The notes under the pieces: generated by a model
Told to the model about the DNA's origin: nothing
The model's database searches: none
What the model saw: only the letters and a program-made list of their open reading frames with translations
Part shown: one piece after another, positions 12,313 to 25,081 of the stretch
Layout of the letters: each line of letters opens with the position of its first letter
Position numbering within the stretch: the stretch's first letter is position 1
Translations under genes and position numbers: made by a program
Origin: Octopus vulgaris
Lineage: Eukaryota
Direction of reading: 5' to 3'
DNA: 64,000 bases
Assembly: GCA_951406725.2 (NCBI GenBank)
Contig: OX597821.1
Location: forward strand, 111,290,001-111,354,000

Positions 12313-13277
12313 GTAAGTATTCTTAACATAATCTTCGAAATATCTTAAATAGGTTGGGAAATTCTGTATCTCTTTTCAAAATAAATATAGTACAGGATAT
12401 GATATTAGTATGGTTTGAAAGAGAAAAATAAGAAACGTGGTGAAATAATATCCATATTAAACCTTTTGTTACTCTATTTATTTTGAGATGCTCTGTTTCT
12501 TTCAATTACTTTAAATTTAACAAAGAATTTAGTAAAATAACTTAAAGCAAGTGTTAGGAACATAAATTGTGACAAAGGTTTGGTGGAAGATTTTAATTCA
12601 AAACTTATGAAAACAAGACATTTGTACACAGAGCCAGAGCTGGTTTCAGCTGGGTTGGTAACAAAAGGGTCAACTCCATGCCAATGGAAGAGTGGCAGAA
12701 CCATTGGCACATTGGTAAGAGATGCTTTATGGTACTGGTTCTCAACTGGGGTCCATAGAAGATTTTGTTAAAATTTATCTGCAGTAAATTGCTTATATTT
12801 CCACAAAATATTAAAATTTTTTTACAATTCTTGATAATATTTAATAATAAAAATACAGTAAGGCTTTTTTTTACTTATGTGGGTCCATCCAATTAAAATA
12901 GGAACCAAAGGGGTCCATATGCGAAAAATGGTTGAAGACCCCTACTTAACAGTATATCTTCTGGCTTTCTACATTCTGAGTTCAAATCCCACCCGTCTGG
13001 AGAAAGCAATGGGGAAACCACTTGAGTATTACAATGAGATTGAACCCAGAACCATGTAGTTGGGAAGCAAGCTTCTTACCACACAGCCACACCTGGCTAT
13101 ATATACATATATATAGTGCACACATGGTGGGCCTCTTTCAGTTTCCATCTACCGAATCCTCATGTAAGGCTTTGGTTGGCCTTAGGCTATAATAGAAGAC
13201 ACTTGCCCAAGGTTCCACGCAGTGGGACTGAACCCAGATCCATGTGGTTAGGAAGCAAGCTTCTTAACACAGCCATG

Positions 13278-13338
<61 letters not shown>

Positions 13339-13690
13339 CTCTCTCTTTCAGAGAGGCACTGAGCAGCTATACGCAAACATACACACACGGCAGTAACTCC
13401 CGCCTACCGAATTCAATCACAAAACTCCGGTCGGCTCTGTGCTATAGCGGAAGACACCTACCCAAAGTGCCACGCAGTGGGACTGAACCCGAAACCATGT
13501 AGTTAGGATGCAAGCTCCCTAACCACACAGCCATGTATATTATATATATATATGTTTGGAATTTGAACTCAGAGCATAGCGGCAAATGAAATGCTGCTAA
13601 GCATTTCGACTGGTGTGCTAATGATTCTGGCCGCTCGCCACCTTAATAATGATATAAATATTGAATAATATGATGTGTTTTTTTTTGTAG

Positions 13691-13772
13691 AGGATTGTTA
13701 AAATGAATAAGACTGATGATGATGAGATGGATGCCCAGCAATTGACAGAAGATGAATTGAAAACAGTCGCTG
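13691..13772 (+). CDS. MCM7: MCM7 coding exon
   Basis: tttgtag|AGG...G|gtaag; RIVKMNKTDDDEMDAQQLTEDELKTVA. Confidence 0.94.
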
Positions 13773-14079
13773 GTAAGTTTTCTGATTTTTTTGTTGTGAT
13801 AGTTTTGTGTTTGTAAATGTGGTGGTGGGGAGAAGCGGGGGGGGGGCTATGGCTGCATGGTTGGGGTGCACCAGTGACCAGTTGCCTGTTTCTTTGTTTG
13901 GTTGCAGTCTTTGGTACATTGGGGGGTAAGAATTGTCTCCTGCTCAGGTTCAGGTTGTCACATGTGTTGGGAGTACTGGCTGGAAATTGAGGAATCTTGA
14001 TGTGTGTGTGTGTGAGGAATGAATATGTGCATATATATATATGTGTGAATGTGCTTGTGTGTGTGTGTGTGTGTGTGAG

Positions 14080-14113
<34 letters not shown>

Positions 14114-15673
14114 CTAACCTTGAAGCCACCATTCAGGTAGCATTCAGGCAAGCTCCTGTGGAAGGCACCTTTGAATCCTTCGACCCTCTACCCATGTGTA
14201 ATTTCTGAAAATGTGCCAAGCTTAATCAATAAGCGTAGGAGTGAGGTAAATGCAGTAAAAATAGGGGTGCCAGTGGCAGCCCTTAAAAAAATAGATCCCC
14301 TTAGGACATTTCCTAGGATTGAGGGAGTTGCTAGTTTGAGTTTTGTTGTCTTTGCGCCAACAGTCTAGGAAGAGTTAACGAATATAAAAATGTAACGGAC
14401 AGAGAAACATGATACAAATTTATATTAAGACTAACAGCTAAACCTGGTATCAGCCGGTCAGTTTGGATGATGTGGCTGTAGAACCTGTTCTGTGTAAGCA
14501 TTTGACTTGTTAAAAAAAAAAATTTTTAGAATGACTTTACGTTAAAAAAAAAAATTTTTTTATGAATTTTTTTTCTGTCAAATTGCTAAAAATAACTGAC
14601 CAACACGCAAAAAAAACCCAACCAAGATTCAACCAAATCAAAAAATAAACCCAAATACTAAGTGAACAAAGATGAACCATCCCAGTTCCATTGCACACAC
14701 ACATTCACATACACTCCTTTTACATACATATTCACACAGAGTTGAAACGCTGTTTGATTTATTTTTTCCAGCATACAATTTTCATCATCCCACTACCAAG
14801 AATGACATCACCCCTTCCTTCCTTATTCATCTATCAAAACTTACTTTCTCATTCTATTTCTTAACTACCCACAAGGGGCTAAACACAGAGAAGACAAACA
14901 GATTAAGTTGATTATATCAACCTCAGTGCATAACTGGTACTTATTTAATCGACCCTGAAAGGATGAAAGGCAAAGTCGACCTTGGCAGAATTTGAACTCA
15001 GAACGTAACGGCAGACGAAATATCATCATCATCATAATCATCGTTTAGCGTCCGCTTTCCATGCTAGCATGGGTTGGACGGTTCAACTGGGGTCTGGGAA
15101 GCTAGAAGGTTGCACCAGGCCCAGTCTGATCTGGCAATGTTTCTACGGCTGGATGCCCTTCCTAACGCCAACCACTCCATGAGTGTAGTGGGTGCTTTTT
15201 ACGTGCCAGACGTGTCTGGCAAGTTGGCGTGCTAACGATTCTGCCAGCTCACCACTTTAACACTTATCAACACTTACTATCTCATTCATAAACACAAAAG
15301 TATTATTATAGTAGATTATCTCGGTAACCATCGGAGCTATGATCATCACCAGATCATTCTTCACATCTTGTAATTTTTTGTGCAATTCCACCCAGCCGTT
15401 TGACTGTGAATCCCAAGACAAGAAAGAATCGCCCATGTCAAACTTATATGTATAGAATATTGCAACTGTCTAGCGAATTGTTCTGTGAAAGTGAATCCTA
15501 GTTTGTGAAGAATTTTTCAGCTTTACTAAAATATTACTTTAATCCTTTGTATTTCAGTGCAGTTTTTTTCCACCTTGTTTTGCATGTGTGCGTGTGTATT
15601 CATTCCTCGGGTCTGAGAGAGAAAGCAAGTATTTTCTAACATGATTCTATAGATGTTTTTTTATTAATTTCAG

Positions 15674-15805
15674 AGGACGACTTTTATGACAAACTGGCCA
15701 GCAGTATTGCCCCAGAAATCTATGGTCACGATGATGTGAAGAAAGCTCTGCTGCTTCTGTTGGTTGGTGGCGTGGATAAGTCCCCGCAAGGAATGAAAAT
15801 TAGGG
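15674..15805 (+). CDS. MCM7: MCM7 coding exon (start of AAA+ domain)
   Basis: tttcag|AG...G|gtgag; [44 protein letters not shown]. Confidence 0.97.
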
Positions 15806-16081
15806 GTGAGTTCTGAAGATCATCGTCATTGAATAACGTTTGCTTTCCATACTGGCATGGGTTTGATGGTTTGAGGACTGGAAAGCCAGGAGGCTGCACC
15901 AGGCTCCAATCTGATCTGGCAAAGTTTCTACAGCTGGATGCCCTTCTTAATGCCAACCATTCTGAGAGTGTAGTGGGTGCTTTTTACGTGTCACCGGCAC
16001 GGGAGCTGGTCAGTGGTTGCTGGCATTGACCATATTTAGATGATGCCTTTTACGTTCCACCGGCATGGGAGCCAGTCAGAG

Positions 16082-16808
16082 GGCACTGACATCGACCACA
16101 TTCTGATGGTACTTTTTACGTTCCACAGGCATAGGAGCCAGTTAAGGGGGCACTGGCATCGACCACATTCTGATGGTACTTTTTACGTTCCACAGGCATA
16201 GGAGCCAGTTAAGGGGGCACTGGCATCGACCACATTCTGATGGTACTTTTTACGTTCCACAGGCATAGGAGCCAGTTAAGGGGGCACTGGCATCGACCAC
16301 ATTCTGATGGTACTTTTTACGTTCCACAGGCATAGGAGCCAGTTAAGGGGGCACTGGCATCGACCACATTCTGATGGTACTTTTTACGTTCCACAGGCAT
16401 AGGAGCCAGTTAAGGGGGCACTGGCATCGACCACATTCTGATGGTACTTTTTACGTTCCACAGGCATAGGAGCCAGTTAAGGGGGCACTGGCATCGACCA
16501 CATTCTGATGGTACTTTTTACGTTCCACAGGCATAGGAGCCAGTTAAGGGGCACTGGCATCGACCACATTCTGATGGTACTTTTTACGTTCCACAGGCAT
16601 AGGAGCCAGTTAAGGGGGCACTGGCATCGACCACATTCTGATGGTACTTTTTACGTTCCACAGGCATAGGAGCCAGTTAAGGGGGCACTGGCATCGACCA
16701 CATTCTGATGGTACTTTTTACGTTCCACAGGCATAGGAGCCAGTTAAGGGGGCACTGGCATCGACCACATTCAGATGGTACTTTCTATGTACCACTGGCA
16801 TGGGAGCC
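16082..16808. repeat. 67-bp minisatellite, ~11 copies, inside a SINE-like element
   Basis: Unit ggcactggcatcgaccacattctgatggtactttttacgttccacaggcataggagccagttaaggg; gttaag recurs at 16141, 16208, 16275 and onward. Confidence 0.95.
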
Positions 16809-17594
16809 TTATTATTAATCATTAGAGGAACTGAAATAAGATTCAAAGCAGGATTTTGTAAAGGAAAAGGGTTGCTGCTTGCCATGTGTTGTTGATTTTA
16901 TGATTAAAATGAACTTCATTTCAATAGAAGTTGCTTAAATTAGAAATACAATCTTTATGAATTTGAAACTTATGATTAAGATTCTGGCATTTGTTTTTAT
17001 TTTACGATGATGATCATCATCAACATTGTTTCGTGTCTCCTTTTCCATGCTTGCATGCGTCCGATGGAATTTATTGAGGCAGATTTTCTACTGCAGGATG
17101 CTCTTCCTGTTGCCAACCCTCGCCTGTTTCCAAGCAAAGTTGTATTTCTCCATGGCCAGTTCTATTTTTCACAGAATGTTGGAAATGAGTGACACTGCTT
17201 GTATGACAGTGACACTCATTTACGACTATCACATGATATCACGACAAGGACCTACACATGCATACTCACATGCACACACTTTCAGTTTCTATCTACCAAA
17301 TCCACTCGCAAGGCTTCGGTTGCCCTAAGACAATAATAGAAGCCATTTGCTCAAGGTGCCATGCTATAGGATTGAACCCAGAACCATGTGGTTGGAAAAC
17401 AAACTTCTTAACCAAACCACCACGCCTATGAAGCAATGTCAAAACAAGGAAGCACCATCATTGTTATCTTGGACTGGATACTGAATAGATTTTCCTTATC
17501 GGATAAACAGTCTTTTTTGGGGAAATATTTGATAATATGTGAATAAGAACATTATGTCTTCATCCTTTGTTGTCTGTTTTCCATATAATTATAA

Positions 17595-17726
<132 letters not shown>

Positions 17727-17896
17727 TAATACCTCATCCTGGATAAAATACCTTGCAGTATTATTTGTTCCAGTTTTTTTAATGTTTTGAGTTCAAATCC
17801 TAGCGAGGGCAACTTTCACTTAAGTTTTAAGATCAATAATACATAACACCAAGGTGGAAAGCTGGCAGAATCTGTAGCTGGACAAAGTGCCAAGTA

Positions 17897-18050
17897 TTAA
17901 ACCTCTGTTAACAGCACCTTATGCAGGTCCTTTCTGTTTTCTTTCATGTACAGATAAATTTTTCACTATAGACCTTAATGGTCGTAAAGACACTATATCA
18001 GTGGATAGACTAAAAAAGGCCTTCATAGAGAAAACTGTCCCTGTTCCCAC
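17897..18050 (+). mobile_element. Gypsy LTR-retrotransposon integrase C-terminal (GPY/F) fragment
   Basis: PLLTAPYAGPFCFLSCTDKFFTIDLNGRKDTISVDRLKKAF. Confidence 0.75.
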
Positions 18051-18971
18051 TGCAGTCAACATACATACACACAGCATTAGAAACACTGTCCACACACCTA
18101 CTTCGCATTCCATGACTACCATCAGGATCAATCAGGTACCGGACAAGGATTCTAGATTATTTTTCCTGTTTTTTTACTTAATATTTGAGAATGGTCGGGT
18201 TCAGTTTTAGCATTCTCGTTTGTGAGAGCAGTCGAATTTATTTTGGATATCCTCATTTTAAAAATCATCTCTGGTTAATCGTTGAAAGGATGTTTGTGTT
18301 GCCATGGCGGAGGTTTGCGTACTCTGAGTGCTCATCATCATTATTATTATAAAGGCGGCGAGCTGGCAGAATCGTTAGCACACTGGGTGAAATGCTTTGC
18401 GGCACTTCATCTATCTGCATGTTCTGATTTCAAATTCTGCCGAGGTCAACTTTACCTCTCATCCTTTCGGGGTTGATAAACTAAGTACCAGTGAAATACT
18501 GGGGTCAGTGTAATCGACTGGTCCTCTTCCCTTAAAATTTCAGTCCTTGTGCCTATACTAGAAGGAATTATTATTATTATTGTTGTTGTTGTTGCAATCT
18601 GGAAGAGTTGTTAGCACACCAGACAAATGCTTTGTGGCACTTTGTCTTCATGTTCTGAGTTCAGATTCCACCGAGGTTGGCTTGGCCTTTCATCCTTTTG
18701 GGGGCCAATAAAATAAGTACCATTTGAGTACTGGGGGTTAGTGTAACTGATTAGCCCATTCCCCCAAAATTGCTGGCCTTGTGCCTATAGTAGAAAGGAT
18801 TATTATTATTATTCTATGGCGACTATCTTAAACAACACTTTGCCTTCACCTTTCCATATTAGCTATGTGGGTAAAGAAGCTTACTTCTGGACCATGTAGT
18901 TTTGGGTTCAGTCCCACTGTGTGGCACCTTGGCGAGTGTCTTCTGCTATAGCCCCAAGTGTGTGGGACTGA

Positions 18972-19448
<477 letters not shown>

Positions 19449-19561
19449 TAGAAGCCATTTGCCCAAGATACTGCCTTGTGGGACGGAACCTGAAGTCACA
19501 TGGTTGAAAAGCAAACTTCTTAACTACATAAGTAAATATATATACGTTTACATATATAATG

Positions 19562-19738
19562 ATAGATCGTTAGCCACTACACACATTTTTTTTCTCTCCT
19601 TGTTTTTTCCGTGTCCCTTTCTGTAGAAGAGCGTAGGCTCGAAACGTAAAAAACTTTTCTATTCCTGAGCGTTATATTAATACATCTGTTTGTTTTGTAC
19701 ACCACCTGTCTTCGTCTTTTGTTTTTTTCGTAAACTCT

Positions 19739-19742
<4 letters not shown>
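19562..19742 (+). mobile_element. Short Penelope-LTR-like repeat with variant hammerhead core (second copy 48866-49056; minus fragment ~25283-25320)
   Basis: cttt CTGTAGA a gagc gtag gctc GAAA cg ta aaa; ends in (TA)n. Confidence 0.6.
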
Positions 19743-19776
<34 letters not shown>

Positions 19777-20028
19777 TTGTACATCTCTCTATATTTGAAA
19801 GAACAATGTACAGTTGTCTTTGAGGGATGCCTTGTGTAGGTCTGAGCAAACCGATGATCCCTATCATTCTAGCTGTCTGTCCTGGCCCTTATTTTCTGCG
19901 TTTGGTATTGCTGTACTTGACTGGCTGATTTTATGACAGAAATCCTGAGTTCTTATTCATTCTCGTCTTTTGTGTTTATTTTCTTGAACCATTTTTAAAA
20001 CTGTTCATTCACCGTTTGTCTTTTATAG

Positions 20029-20210
20029 GCTGGAATAATGACGAGCTTGAACGCTCGTGTTTCCATCCTTGCAGCTGCCAATCCTGCATATGGAAGATAT
20101 AACCCAAAGAAATCATTAGAACAGAATATTCAGCTTCCTGCTGCTCTTTTATCAAGGTTTGATCTTTTGTGGTTGATACAAGACAAACCTGATCGGGAAA
20201 ATGATTTACG
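20029..20210 (+). CDS. MCM7: MCM7 coding exon (arginine finger SRFD)
   Basis: ttatag|GCT...CG|gtaag; [61 protein letters not shown]. Confidence 0.98.
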
Positions 20211-20387
20211 GTAAGCAACAATTCACTGCAGCTGGCTTAAACCTTTCTCTGCCAACACACCTGAGAATGCTTTGATCTAAATTAAAGTAGCATAAAATTT
20301 TGACTGAAGGTTTTGTTTCAAACACCAACTTAATCAGAGTTATTCTACTAAATTCTTTGTTACTTTTAACCAAGGCAGTGTATTTTA

Positions 20388-20896
20388 CAGTTCTATATTT
20401 AAGAGATGAGGAATCAGGTACATTATTTACATTTGACGGATATTTGTCCTCATCTTGTTTGTTGTTAACACGTTTCAGCTGATATGCTCTCCAGCCTTCA
20501 TCAGGTGACTTGTGGAAATTTCGAACCTGGGTTCTCATTCCTAAGGTATTTTTCAATGATGATGCTGATGTTGTTGTTGATTATTATTATTATTGTGATT
20601 CACTGCCTGGAATCAAACTCAGAATCTTGGGGTTAGTAGCCCACGTTCTTAACCACTGTGCTCACAGGCTTATGGCATAGTGGTTAAGAGTGTGGGCTAC
20701 TAACCCCCAAGATTCCGAGTTCGATTCCAAGCAGTGACCTGAAATAATAATTATAATATCGAGAAACACCTTAGGAATGAGAACCTAGGTTCGAAATTTC
20801 CCAAAGACACCTGATGAAGGCTGGAGGGTATATCAGCCGAAACGTTGTGTTAACAACAAACAAGATGAGGACAAATATCCATCAAATGTAAGTAAT
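20388..20896. mobile_element. Head-to-head inverted dimer of the tRNA-head + hammerhead element
   Basis: Arms are reverse complements; plus arm has A box tggcatagtgg (20673), B box gttcgattcc (~20719) and hammerhead at 20806-20851; flanked by gcagtgtatttta / gcagtatatttta (probable 13-bp TSD). Confidence 0.8.
20806..20851 (+). ncRNA. Minimal hammerhead ribozyme motif
   Basis: GACAC CUGAUGA A GGCUG gaggguauau CAGCC GAAA CG UU GUGUU; palindromic ACGU replaces stem III. Confidence 0.75.
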
Positions 20897-21693
20897 GCAG
20901 TATATTTTAAGAGAAATGTAACAAAAAGGTTACTGGGATCTAAATTAAATCCTTTTTGTAAATTTAATTGCCGAACACCAGCTTAATAAAGAGAAGTTAT
21001 TTTAATAAATTGTTCATTATTTTCAAAATAAATTGAAATGGAAGTGATGTATTTCAACAGAAATATAACAAAAGTGTTTTTGACACATGGAGTGTGTTAG
21101 TCAGCGAGAGAGCTTCTTTGTGGCCAACAACAAAGTCTCCCTCATCAAATTCCTTGCTGTCTTTAAGTCTTTTGATACCAAACCGCTTGAGACCACCCCT
21201 AGTTCTGTATGCTAGCTTCCTGTTTTGAAGTGATCGGAATTGAAACTTCTATCATAATTTTCTCTCTTTGTATTCCAAACCCCAGATTAATAATGACAGT
21301 TGTTTTAAATTACTTTAAGAATTAATTAAAACCGAAGCTGTGTATTTCAACGAAAATATGGTGATAAAAAGATTAAAGTGATCTAAATTAAAACCTTGCA
21401 TCAAAATTTCATTTTAATTCATTTTCGAAATTGTATTAAATTCTTCGTTATTTCTAAAATTAATTGAAGCAAAGGCTTTATGGATTTCAACAGAAATACA
21501 GTAACAAAGGGGAAGTAATCATTATCTAGGGGCAGATAACTTTTGCGCATCTCGGAATAGGTTTGAGGTTTGTCTTCACAACGTGTCTTTTGTAAGATTC
21601 TAGTTTCTGTCTCGTTAGTTTCTTCTATATTTCCGAATGTTGATTGAGTACGATAATTATTTTGATTATATATTGTCTTTTGTTATTTTGCAG

Positions 21694-21777
21694 GTTGGCC
21701 CAACACATAACGTACGTTCACCAACACAACACCCAACCTCCAGCACAGTTCACTCCACTCGACATGAAATTAATGAG
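21694..21777 (+). CDS. MCM7: MCM7 coding exon
   Basis: ttgcag|G...AG|gttgat (weak donor); [28 protein letters not shown]. Confidence 0.95.
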
Positions 21778-23470
21778 GTTGATAATTTTTCTCTCTTAAA
21801 CATCTATGTTTAGTTTCGACTTCATTTTATTTTATTTTGCTTCAGATTTTATGTCGAGGGGAATAGTTTTAAAACAGCAAACTCCATTTGCTTTAAATTT
21901 TCTGAATTAAAAGTATTTTGTGTTCACATTAGTATTAGGCACTGCCGTGGTTGTGTGGTTAAGAAGTTTGCTTCCCAACCATGTAGTTTTGAGTTCAATC
22001 CCACAGCATGGCTACTGCTATAGGCCTAGGGCTGACCTGAAACCTTATTGGATTTGTCAGATGGAAACTGAAAGAATCCTGTCATAAATGTGTTTGTCTT
22101 GATATCAAGGGATAATTCTAAAATTATCTGTCACAAGCAGTGTTATTCATTTCAGATATTCTGCAGAAACGTATCTGACCATGGGAATATATTATTACCT
22201 TGCTTGGAAGCAAGGGGATTGACTACAGGAAATGTGCCATGTTGGATGACTTCTATGATCATATATTTATGATGTATGTGTGGTGTGTATTGTGTATATA
22301 TATATCATCACCATCATCATTGTTTAACGTCTGCTATCCATGCTGGCATGGGTTGGATGGTTTGACTATACCAGGCTCCAATCTGATCTGGCAAGATTTC
22401 TACAGCTGGATGCCCTTCCTAACGCCAACCACTCTGAGTGTGTAGCGAGGGCTTTTTACGTGCCACCAGCATGGGGGCCAGTCAGGTGGCACTGGCATTG
22501 ATCACGCTCGAATGGTGGTTTTTACATGCCACCGGCATGGGAGCCAGTCAGGCTGCACTGGCATCGACCATGCACAACTGGCGCGTTTTATGTGCCACAA
22601 ATAAAATAATATAAAGTAACAAAAAAAGATATTAGAGAAATAGAGAATTATTTATATATGTTATAATTTAGGACAAAAAGTAAAAGGCTGCCATTTTAGA
22701 TCTCAGTTTCAAATGTGAGAATATAGTTGCTTGTATTTCTTATGTATTTTTTTCCCTTTTGTTCAACGGTTTTTCAGTGATGTTAATAGCTGACGAGAAT
22801 GCATTGTAGCTCTGTGCTTCGACATTTGAAACTCTTACTGTTTGTTCTCAATTATAACACACACACTCAACATGTATAAAGTATATTTACTTATATATAT
22901 GTGTATACATTAAGTTTCTGTCAACCAGATCCACTTGCAAGGCTCTCTAATTGGCCAAATGTTAAAGAAAAAGACATTTAACCAAGGTGCCACACTGTGG
23001 GACTAACCTAAAACCCTCGTAGTTATCCTCAAATATTACCTTTAAGAAGCACCATCCGTATGTGGCTGATGCCAGCACCACCTTGGCTGGCTTCCGTGCC
23101 GGTGGCACGTAAAAACCACCAACTGATCGTGGTCGTTGCCAGCCCACCCTGGCACCTGTGCCAGTGGCACGTAAAAAGCATGCACTAACACTCACTGAGT
23201 GGTTGGCATTAGGAAGGGCATCCAGCTGTAAAAACACTGCCAGATCGAACTGGAGCCTGGTGCAGCCTCCTGGCTTCACAGACCCCAGCCAAACCATGCT
23301 AGCATGAAAAACGGACGTTAAATGATGATGATGAATATCCTCCATAATCTAGAAAACCTCCACTTACCTGCAGTATTAGTTTACATATTTATTAAACCAT
23401 ATTTCTTTTCCTCCTACTTTCATTTTTATAAGAAAATACTGAGTTTTTATTTTCCCTCTTTTATTTTCAG

Positions 23471-23639
23471 GCGTTATATTTCCTTATGCCAATCAAAACA
23501 ACCAGTTATTCCTGAAAATCTTTCTGATTATATTACTGGAGCTTATGTTGAAATGCGCAAAGAATCTCGTAACAGTAAAGACACAACTTTCACCTCTGCT
23601 AGGACACTGCTTGCTATCCTCCGACTTTCCACGGCTTTG
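23471..23639 (+). CDS. MCM7: MCM7 coding exon (AAA lid)
   Basis: tttcag|G...TTG|gttagt; [56 protein letters not shown]. Confidence 0.97.
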
Positions 23640-23744
23640 GTTAGTATTTTCACTACCATGGAACTTCAGTTCCTTATTGTTATCAAACCTGTATTGATTC
23701 ACCATAATTCTCTTGGTGGATTTCACTTGTTTCTATGTAAATAA

Positions 23745-23995
23745 TTTACATTTGACGGATATTTGTCCTCATCTTGTTTGTTTTTAACACAACGTTTCGG
23801 CTGATATACCCTCCAGCCTTTATCAGGTGTCTTGGGGAAATTTCAAACCTGGGTTCTCATGCCTTCGGAATGAAAACCCATGTTCGAAATTTCCCCAAGA
23901 CACCTGATGAAGGTTGGAGGGTATATAAGCCGAAACGTTGTGTTAAAAACAAACAAGATGAGGACAAATATCCGTCAAATGTAAATAGTGTAAAT
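23745..23995. mobile_element. Inverted dimer of the hammerhead tail without tRNA heads
   Basis: Minus copy 23786-23831 (core mutated to CUGAUAA); plus copy 23899-23944 (intact CUGAUGA..GAAACGUU). Confidence 0.8.
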
Positions 23996-24565
23996 GATTC
24001 CTCATGAATAGGATACACACACACACACACACACACATGGGTTTGTGACCTTTTTCTTTGTACTAAATTCACTTGACCATGAGGCTTTATTTGACGAAAA
24101 GGTAAAAAAACCCAGTTATCCAAGATTTACGTTAATTTAATTGTCAGACTCTCCATCTCTTAAATAAGCTGAAAAAGTCTAATAAATTTATTATTTAAAT
24201 ACATATTGGTAAGGTTAGCATTGTAGGGTTGATGTCTGTTAAAAGTTGGAAACGGTGAAGATTTCATTCTCTCTAAGACAAACTTAAAAATGGTTGCTGG
24301 CTGCAATATTAGTAGAATTATGGGGGCATGCACTGTGTGGTGATTTCCTTCTAGTCCTGAAGGATAACACCTTTGCACCTTTCAGGCAGCAACTCTATTT
24401 TGGGGTAGTCGTTGCTGGTGACAGTTTTACGAGGCCAGATGCAAATCCTACTTTAACCACCGACATGAAAAGGAAACAATGGGTCTATTCTTTGATTTGC
24501 CGATTCCCACACAACACTTGTGATTTGTTGCCGGGGCAAACATCTCAACTAGCAAGCCTTGCTAC

Positions 24566-24611
24566 CCTAGACTGATGACGAGCAAGACTCAGAAGCATGC
24601 ATGTCTCTAGG
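24566..24611 (+). ncRNA. Hammerhead-like motif with A15.1G substitution
   Basis: CCUAGA CUGAUGA C GAG caaga CUC A GAAG CAUGCAUG UC UCUAGG. Confidence 0.6.
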
Positions 24612-24971
24612 TGCGGGCCTAGCTGTTGGGGGTGCGTGTCTCCCCTTCGCAAATATAAGGACACAGGAAACGTGTCAAAGCCGACAGGAAGTGTCGATGC
24701 TTCCTAGGGCTAAACAGCGGTGGTGTAATTCCCTTTACGGGACTGTCACGATAAGTTGACAGTATACAACAACTCTATCGCTCCACCACCGCTCATGTCT
24801 CTCTGAGACATTTAGAAATTCAATATTTCTAAGATTGACTATTAATGGTAAATTCGATTTAGAATCTGGTATTGCCTTGGTTTTGGAAAAATATCCCAAG
24901 TAACGCCAATATTAATCCTCGTTAATAGCATCTTGATGAATTTGCTTAATCTTGCATTTTATTTCTTCCAG

Positions 24972-25081
24972 GCTCGCCTTCGACTTGCAGATGTTGTTGA
25001 AAAGGAAGATGTGAATGAAGCTATGAGACTGATGGAAATGTCCAAAGACTCTCTCAATCCACAATACGATATGTACACCAG
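24972..25081 (+). CDS. MCM7: MCM7 coding exon
   Basis: ttccag|GCT...AG|gtcagt; [37 protein letters not shown]. Confidence 0.97.

Noticed and set aside
12733-12943. hAT-like MITE (ctggttctcaac ... ggttgaagacccct)
   Set aside because: TIRs too degenerate and no 8-bp TSD identified
16082-16808. CRISPR-like regular repeat
   Set aside because: Pure tandem units without spacers, derived from a SINE subrepeat
23640-24971. miR-106b/93/25-like cluster in the intron equivalent to the vertebrate MCM7 host intron
   Set aside because: No miR-25/92 (ATTGCAC) or miR-17-family seed-bearing hairpin seen; the intron contains repeats and hammerhead motifs instead
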